Shown piece after piece: positions 26,992 through 32,000 of a stretch of 32,000 bases of DNA. The DNA comes from Haloquadratum walsbyi C23 (lineage in GTDB: Archaea; Halobacteriota; Halobacteria; Halobacteriales; Haloferacaceae). Position 1 is the first letter of the stretch; the number at the start of each line of letters is the position of its first letter. Location of the stretch: assembly GCF_000237865.1 (NCBI RefSeq), contig NC_017459.1, positions 2,940,001-2,972,000 of the forward strand. The letters run 5' to 3'. The translations under genes and the position numbers were made by a program. The notes under the pieces were generated by a model. The model was given only the letters and a program-made list of their open reading frames with translations. It ran no database searches and was not told where the DNA came from.

Positions 26992-28404
26992 ATGATCCCA
27001 CTACAGATTGATGCAGGGGCAATCGCAAGTGGTGTAAACAATGTCTGGATTCTTGTTGTCTGTTTCTTAATCTTCTTCATGCAGCCTGGATTTGCGTTAT
27101 TAGAAGCCGGGCAGGTTCGAGCAAAGAACGTCGGCAATGTCTTGATGAAGAATATGACTGATTGGACGCTTGGCGTTCTTGTCTTTTTCATCGTCGGTGC
27201 TGGTGTAAGTTCGATTATCGGAATGCTGACCGCTCCTGGTACAGCACTTGATCTTGGAAGTGCATTCGCATACATCAACGATCCATCATCATACATTGGA
27301 TGGTTCTTTGGTGCAGTCTTCGCGATGACAGCCGCAACAATCGTTTCCGGCGCAGTAGCCGGTCGAATGAATTTCACTGCGTATGTTTTCGTTGCCGCAG
27401 CAATGACATCAGTTATTTATCCAGTCGTGACAGGACTCACTTGGGCTGGTGGCTTGCTCTCAGCTGATGGGTTCATTGGACTTGCACTCGGTGTCGGATA
27501 TCTTGACTTCGCTGGTGCGACTGTCGTTCATATGGTTGGCGGGCTCGCTGGGCTTGTTGGGGCAAAAATGGTTGGACCGCGTAAAACTCGGTTTGATTCG
27601 AACGGTAACTCACAACCGATCCCCGGTCATTCAATGCTTTTGGCTGTACTTGGGACGTTATTCTTGGCGTTCGGATGGTACGGATTTAATGTCGGTACAC
27701 AGGCGACTGTCCTCGCTGCTGCCGATGGGGCATTAAGCTTCAACGGTGGCGCACTTGGACAGGTCGTGTTAAATACCACCCTTGGCATGGGTGGAGGTGC
27801 AGTCGCAGCGATGATTGTTTCTGCAAGCTGGCAAGGAAAGCCTGATCCACTCTGGGCGGCTAATGGTTTGCTTGCAGGTCTTGTAGCAGTTACTGGTGCA
27901 GTGCCACACGTTACGTGGTGGGGTGGTCTCATCCTCGGTCTGATTGCTGGTGCATTGGTGCTTCCAACCTTCCGATGGGTTGTTGACTCACTCAAGATCG
28001 ATGATGTCTGTGGTGTGTTCGTGGTTCATGGAAGTGCAGGTGCCATTGGTACTATCTTGATCCCTGTTTTTGGTGTGACAGCCACTGGAGGATATGCATT
28101 CCTTGGCGTCAACCAGTTGATTATGCAGGTTGTCGGTGTGTTAGTTATTGGAACGTGGACCGTATTTGCGACGATTGCAGTCTTTGGGATTGCAAATGCA
28201 CTCTTTGGGCTTCGCGTTTCAGAAAAAGACGAAGAGCAAGGACTCGACGAGAGCGAACATGGTATTTCAGTCTACCCAGAATTTGTCCCAAGCGAGCGTC
28301 GTGAAGGTGTTGCGACTGACGGGTCTGGAGTAGAGACTGATGGTGGCGTTGATGTTGATTCAGAAACACGTTCAGATTCAAACTCGGTGAATAACGATGA
28401 GTAA
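26992..28404 (+). CDS. amt: Ammonium transporter (Amt family) with acidic C-terminal extension
   Basis: 470 aa, about 11 [33 protein letters not shown] and [17 protein letters not shown] (twin-His pore motifs). The stop overlaps the glnK start by 8 nt. Confidence 0.95.
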   Translation: MIPLQIDAGAIASGVNNVWILVVCFLIFFMQPGFALLEAGQVRAKNVGNVLMKNMTDWTLGVLVFFIVGAGVSSIIGMLTAPGTALDLGSAFAYINDPSSYIGWFFGAVFAMTAATIVSGAVAGRMNFTAYVFVAAAMTSVIYPVVTGLTWAGGLLSADGFIGLALGVGYLDFAGATVVHMVGGLAGLVGAKMVGPRKTRFDSNGNSQPIPGHSMLLAVLGTLFLAFGWYGFNVGTQATVLAAADGALSFNGGALGQVVLNTTLGMGGGAVAAMIVSASWQGKPDPLWAANGLLAGLVAVTGAVPHVTWWGGLILGLIAGALVLPTFRWVVDSLKIDDVCGVFVVHGSAGAIGTILIPVFGVTATGGYAFLGVNQLIMQVVGVLVIGTWTVFATIAVFGIANALFGLRVSEKDEEQGLDESEHGISVYPEFVPSERREGVATDGSGVETDGGVDVDSETRSDSNSVNNDE

Positions 28405-28759
28405 GAACAATACAGGCGAAATTCAGCTGGTAATGGCGTATATTCGACCAGATAAACTAACGGATGTAAAGAAGGCACTTGCTGAGACTGGTGCTCCCTC
28501 GCTGACTGTAACAAATGTTTCCGGTCGTGGATCACAACCAGCGAAGAAGAGTCAATACCGCGGTGAAGAATATACCGTTGACCTACATGAGAAGGTTAAG
28601 GTCGAATGTGTCGTTGCTGATATTCCTGCTGAGGATGTCGTCAGTGCGATTGAATCAGGTGCACATACTGGTGAACCAGGCGATGGGAAGGTTTTCGTAC
28701 TTCCCGTTGAAGCAGCAACGCAGATCCGAACTGGGAAGACGGGACCAGACGCGGTCTAA
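28397..28759 (+). CDS. glnK: Nitrogen regulatory protein P-II (GlnK)
   Basis: 120 aa: ..[37 protein letters not shown] (T-loop)..[10 protein letters not shown].. It is translationally coupled to amt. Confidence 0.93.
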   Translation: MSKNNTGEIQLVMAYIRPDKLTDVKKALAETGAPSLTVTNVSGRGSQPAKKSQYRGEEYTVDLHEKVKVECVVADIPAEDVVSAIESGAHTGEPGDGKVFVLPVEAATQIRTGKTGPDAV

Positions 28760-29402
28760 ACTCTTCAGCATTCGTTCGCCGTTGTGTATTTGCAGCATAA
28801 AATCATAGATCGATTGTATTCTGGCGTCAAATCACGAACATCATATCTGATAGCGATTGGTACATTTGTCTATTGAGTGTATGTGTATTTCTCGCCACCG
28901 TAGCATGACATGAATATTATCCCAAGAAAGTATCAACGAGATGTCGGCTGAGGTCCATGTTCTGGAGCGAGTGGTGTAGGCGCTGAAAACATCTCTATAT
29001 ACTGGCTTGACTGTGGGGTGTCTGATGATGGTATTGATTCCGCTGAGTCAATTGCTATTGGCTGATAGAGTTGTTCTGTCGTCGATTGCGTTGGTGTTGG
29101 TGTTGGTGTTTGAGTCGTCATTGAGTGGTTATAGTCGAAACGGAGTCTGAGTGATTGTTCCTGATATATCGGCTGTCAAATTATTTGGAGAGTTGTATTA
29201 TCTGTGTATAGGTACAGTGTATTTCATCATACAATATTACTTATCATTATATATAATAAATCTTTATGATATAATCTGCATACGCACCTGCATCAAGTGC
29301 TATGATACCAGTTAACAATTTAATATAACTAATATACAGTATTTGACCAGAAGAGAAAGCCAAACAGTGAAGATTTTTGCGCGTACAGCCAAATTTATCT
29401 AC

Positions 29403-30743
29403 ATGACTGACGAGGAATCTCGGGCACTGTATGACCGGGCGTTATCAGTGATGCCTGGTGGCGTTAATTCATCTGTGCGGGCGACGCAGCCATATCCGTT
29501 TTTTATTGAGCGTGGTGACGGAGCCACCGTTATCGACGCTGACGGGACCCGCTATCTTGACTATGTGATGGGTTATGGACCATTATTGTATGGGCATGAC
29601 CTCCCAGAGCCAGTCAATGCAGCAATTCAGTCATATACGTCTGAAGGACCAATGTATGGTGCCCCAACACCAATCGAGGTCGAACATGCTGAGTTTGTTG
29701 CTCGGCATGTGCCGTCTGTCGAAATGATACGGTTTGTTAATTCAGGAACGGAGGCAACGGTCTCAGCCGTTCGACTTGCACGAGGATACACCGGTCGCGA
29801 TAAGATTGTTGTGATGAAGGGTGGCTACCATGGTGCACAAGAATCAACGCTTGTCGAGGGTGACCCGATGCATGTCGAGCCAAGCACGCCAGGAATTCCG
29901 AGTTCATTTGCCAAGCATACACTTCCAGTTCCGTTTAATGATTTAGAAGCGATTACAACTGTCTTTGAGACACATGGTGAGGACATTGCTGCCGTGCTTA
30001 CCGAGCCAATTCTCGCCAATAATGGCATTGTCCGTCCGGTCGATGGCTATCTTGAGCATCTTCGATCACTCACCACCGAACATAATTCACTTTTAATTTT
30101 TGATGAGGTGATTACTGGATTCCGTGTTGGCGGACTCGGATGTGCACAATCAAAATTTGGAGTGACTCCGGATGTGACGACCTTTGGAAAGATCATCGGT
30201 GGTGGGTTTCCTGTTGGCGCAATTGGTGGGCGTGCAGACATTATTGAACATTTCACTCCCTCTGGAGATGTATTCCAGTCTGGAACGTTCTCAGGGCACC
30301 CAGTAACGATGGCAGCAGGATATGAGTCATTAAAATATGCTGCTGAAAATGATGTCTATGATCACGTCAACCGACTTGGGGAGCGGCTTCGGGGGGGAAT
30401 TACCGATATTGCAACAGACCAATCACCGTCAGCAATTGTTGTCGGGCTAGATTCAATGTTCAAAACTGTGTTTGAAAGAGAAGGTTCGACAACAGATGAT
30501 GGAGATGTCTGTTCTGCTGGATGTGAACAACGTGAATCATGTATGCGGTATGATGACTGTCCAAAAACAGGTGCGGATGTCAGTAGCGCTGAGACTGAAC
30601 GGTGGGAACGAATTTTCTGGCAGGAAATGCGCGATCACAACATTTTCCTCACTGCAAATCAGTTTGAATCACAGTTTGTCTCATACGCACACACCGATGA
30701 GGATATTGACCGAACATTGGAAGCGTATAAATCAGCACTATAG
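29403..30743 (+). CDS. hemL: Glutamate-1-semialdehyde 2,1-aminomutase
   Basis: 446 aa from the ATG at 29403: [37 protein letters not shown] (PLP Lys), [16 protein letters not shown]. The upstream 20 codons of the track ORF are basic and not family-like. Confidence 0.94.
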   Translation: MTDEESRALYDRALSVMPGGVNSSVRATQPYPFFIERGDGATVIDADGTRYLDYVMGYGPLLYGHDLPEPVNAAIQSYTSEGPMYGAPTPIEVEHAEFVARHVPSVEMIRFVNSGTEATVSAVRLARGYTGRDKIVVMKGGYHGAQESTLVEGDPMHVEPSTPGIPSSFAKHTLPVPFNDLEAITTVFETHGEDIAAVLTEPILANNGIVRPVDGYLEHLRSLTTEHNSLLIFDEVITGFRVGGLGCAQSKFGVTPDVTTFGKIIGGGFPVGAIGGRADIIEHFTPSGDVFQSGTFSGHPVTMAAGYESLKYAAENDVYDHVNRLGERLRGGITDIATDQSPSAIVVGLDSMFKTVFEREGSTTDDGDVCSAGCEQRESCMRYDDCPKTGADVSSAETERWERIFWQEMRDHNIFLTANQFESQFVSYAHTDEDIDRTLEAYKSAL

Positions 30744-30867
30744 CTTTCTGAATCATAAGACCACACATGACACATGGTTACCATTACTCAACTGTGATGT
30801 GGTTATACCAGTATGATATATTCTGGAGATCGATCTTAAACCGTTATTTCGGACCGCTTATATTCAA

Positions 30868-30907
30868 TGAGGAGAGAATCCCGCCATTCACCGTGGGCAA
30901 GGATGTC
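30868..30907 (+). repeat. Solitary R-unit in the hemL 3' region
   Basis: gaggagagaatCCCGCCAttcaCCGTGGGCaaggatgtca, 125 nt after the hemL stop on the same strand. The stem is partly decayed. Confidence 0.45.
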
Positions 30908-31133
30908 ACGCAGGAGCACAGTTGAGTTGTACATAGCCTGTTTCAGTAGTTGCATCACGCAGTCGGTTTTTTTACTGTATTCATTTTCCGTATATTATAT
31001 ACAGTGAACAGTTTGTGTCAATCTCACCGTGGTCACAAGAGGCTTCTAACAGAATCAGCTCATTCATCACAGACATAGCGGTGTAGCGAAGTGGTGTCCT
31101 TTTCACCCGTGACCGACGATTGTTGCATAGAAA

Positions 31134-32000
31134 ATGACCACTCGTAGTCGCACTCGCGGGACATTAACACTCGCGACACGGGGGTCTGATCTCGCGCTCA
31201 AACAAGCGACGAGCGTTCAAGAGGCGCTCACAGATGAGCGCTATGAGGTTGACCTCATTGAAGTCGAAACGCGCGGTGATCAAATTCAAGATGAATTAAT
31301 ACATCAACTTGGCAAAACAGGTGCGTTCGTCCGTGCACTTGATAAGAAGGTCCTTGATCCCACGGCTGAGGCTGATGCTGCAGTTCACTCAATGAAGGAT
31401 ATGCCAACGGACAGTCCAGATGATCTTGTTGTTGCTGGTATTCCACAACGAGCACCACCAGGTGACCTCTTGATTACGACTGATGGGCAGAGATTGTCTG
31501 ATTTACCGAGTGGGGCTACGATTGGAACATCATCACTTCGTCGACAAGCGCAGTTGCTTGATCAACGTACGGATATTACCGTTGAACCACTGCGGGGGAA
31601 TATTGACACACGAATTGAAAAGCTACTCGCACCATCGCTACAGACTGAGCATGAACAGCGTATTGAGGCTGAGCAGGGTGAGATAACCAATACAGAAAAC
31701 GCAGGGAGTGACGATGAAGATATAGATAGAGATGAAACGGATAAAGAGCTTCCTGAGTTTGAACAATCAATTGAGGAGTGGTTCAATGAACTCTCTGAAA
31801 TTGAGCGACGAGCGCTCGAACGATCGGTCGAAACAGAATATGATGCGATTGTTCTCGCAGAAGCCGGACTACAGCGATCAGGGCTTATACATCATATTGA
31901 GTATGTCCAACTTGATACAACAACCTTTGTGCCAGCGCCAGGGCAGGGCGCAATTGCCATTACCACACAAGGAGAAGCAAATGCAACAGCACAGATTCGA
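31134..32000 (+). CDS. hemC: Porphobilinogen deaminase (hydroxymethylbilane synthase), 3'-truncated by the window end
   Basis: Hand translation from the ATG at 31134: MTTRSRTRGTLTLATRGSDLALKQA..IEVETRGDQ..GKTGAFVRALD..AVHSMKDMP..GTSSLRRQAQL..LRGNIDTR..PAPGQGAIAI. The frame is open to position 32000, so it is absent from the ORF track. Confidence 0.9.
   Translation, partial: MTTRSRTRGTLTLATRGSDLALKQATSVQEALTDERYEVDLIEVETRGDQIQDELIHQLGKTGAFVRALDKKVLDPTAEADAAVHSMKDMPTDSPDDLVVAGIPQRAPPGDLLITTDGQRLSDLPSGATIGTSSLRRQAQLLDQRTDITVEPLRGNIDTRIEKLLAPSLQTEHEQRIEAEQGEITNTENAGSDDEDIDRDETDKELPEFEQSIEEWFNELSEIERRALERSVETEYDAIVLAEAGLQRSGLIHHIEYVQLDTTTFVPAPGQGAIAITTQGEANATAQIR

Noticed and set aside
28933-29121. 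62-aa minus-strand ORF, MTTQTPTPTPTQSTTEQLYQ.., with a Thr-Pro repeat encoded by a (TGGTGT)n tract.
   Set aside because: It is low complexity with no recognisable domain or clear promoter, and the repeat could generate an open frame by chance. I left it unannotated. It could be a real small acidic protein.

Overview
All alignments below were made by eye, with no searches, folding or statistics, so element boundaries are approximate.

**Overall picture.** This looks like a chromosomal window from a haloarchaeon. The proteins are strongly acidic, TATA-like boxes sit about 25-30 nt upstream of start codons (leaderless style), and GC content is moderate. Calling it Haloquadratum-like is inference only.

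**Housekeeping backbone, in order:**
- rpl39e-rpl31e-eif6 // rplX-pfdA-ftsY cluster (minus strand)
- TPR protein and DUF424 protein
- sufS and sufU
- radA
- htpX plus an acidic ORF
- NMD3
- XPD/Rad3-type helicase
- small zinc-finger proteins, a membrane protein and a PHP protein
- dedA, hemB, amt-glnK, hemL and hemC (hemC runs off the window end)

**Mobile and repeat content.** The unusual feature is a dense layer of non-coding debris related to tnpB-only IS200/IS605 (IS1341-type) elements:
- One chimeric element (12488-14569) carries two 5'-truncated tnpB genes and an intact-looking right end (omega-RNA-like region).
- At least three tnpB-less bodies of about 0.5 kb resemble that right end.
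- A family of about 35-40-nt hairpin units ends in GTCA(A). Solitary copies sit just downstream of sufU, NMD3 and hemL.
- A recurring 19-nt terminus, CTGTCTYTTAC.CACAAGT, appears as a perfect 21-bp inverted repeat around a 268-bp element. It also flanks a 515-bp element that sits inside the loop of one hairpin unit.
- An IS1595-family IS is nested in one of the 0.5-kb bodies.
- About 1.3 kb of this material splits the conserved eif6-rplX junction.

**Absent.** I found no CRISPR array, rRNA or convincing tRNA.
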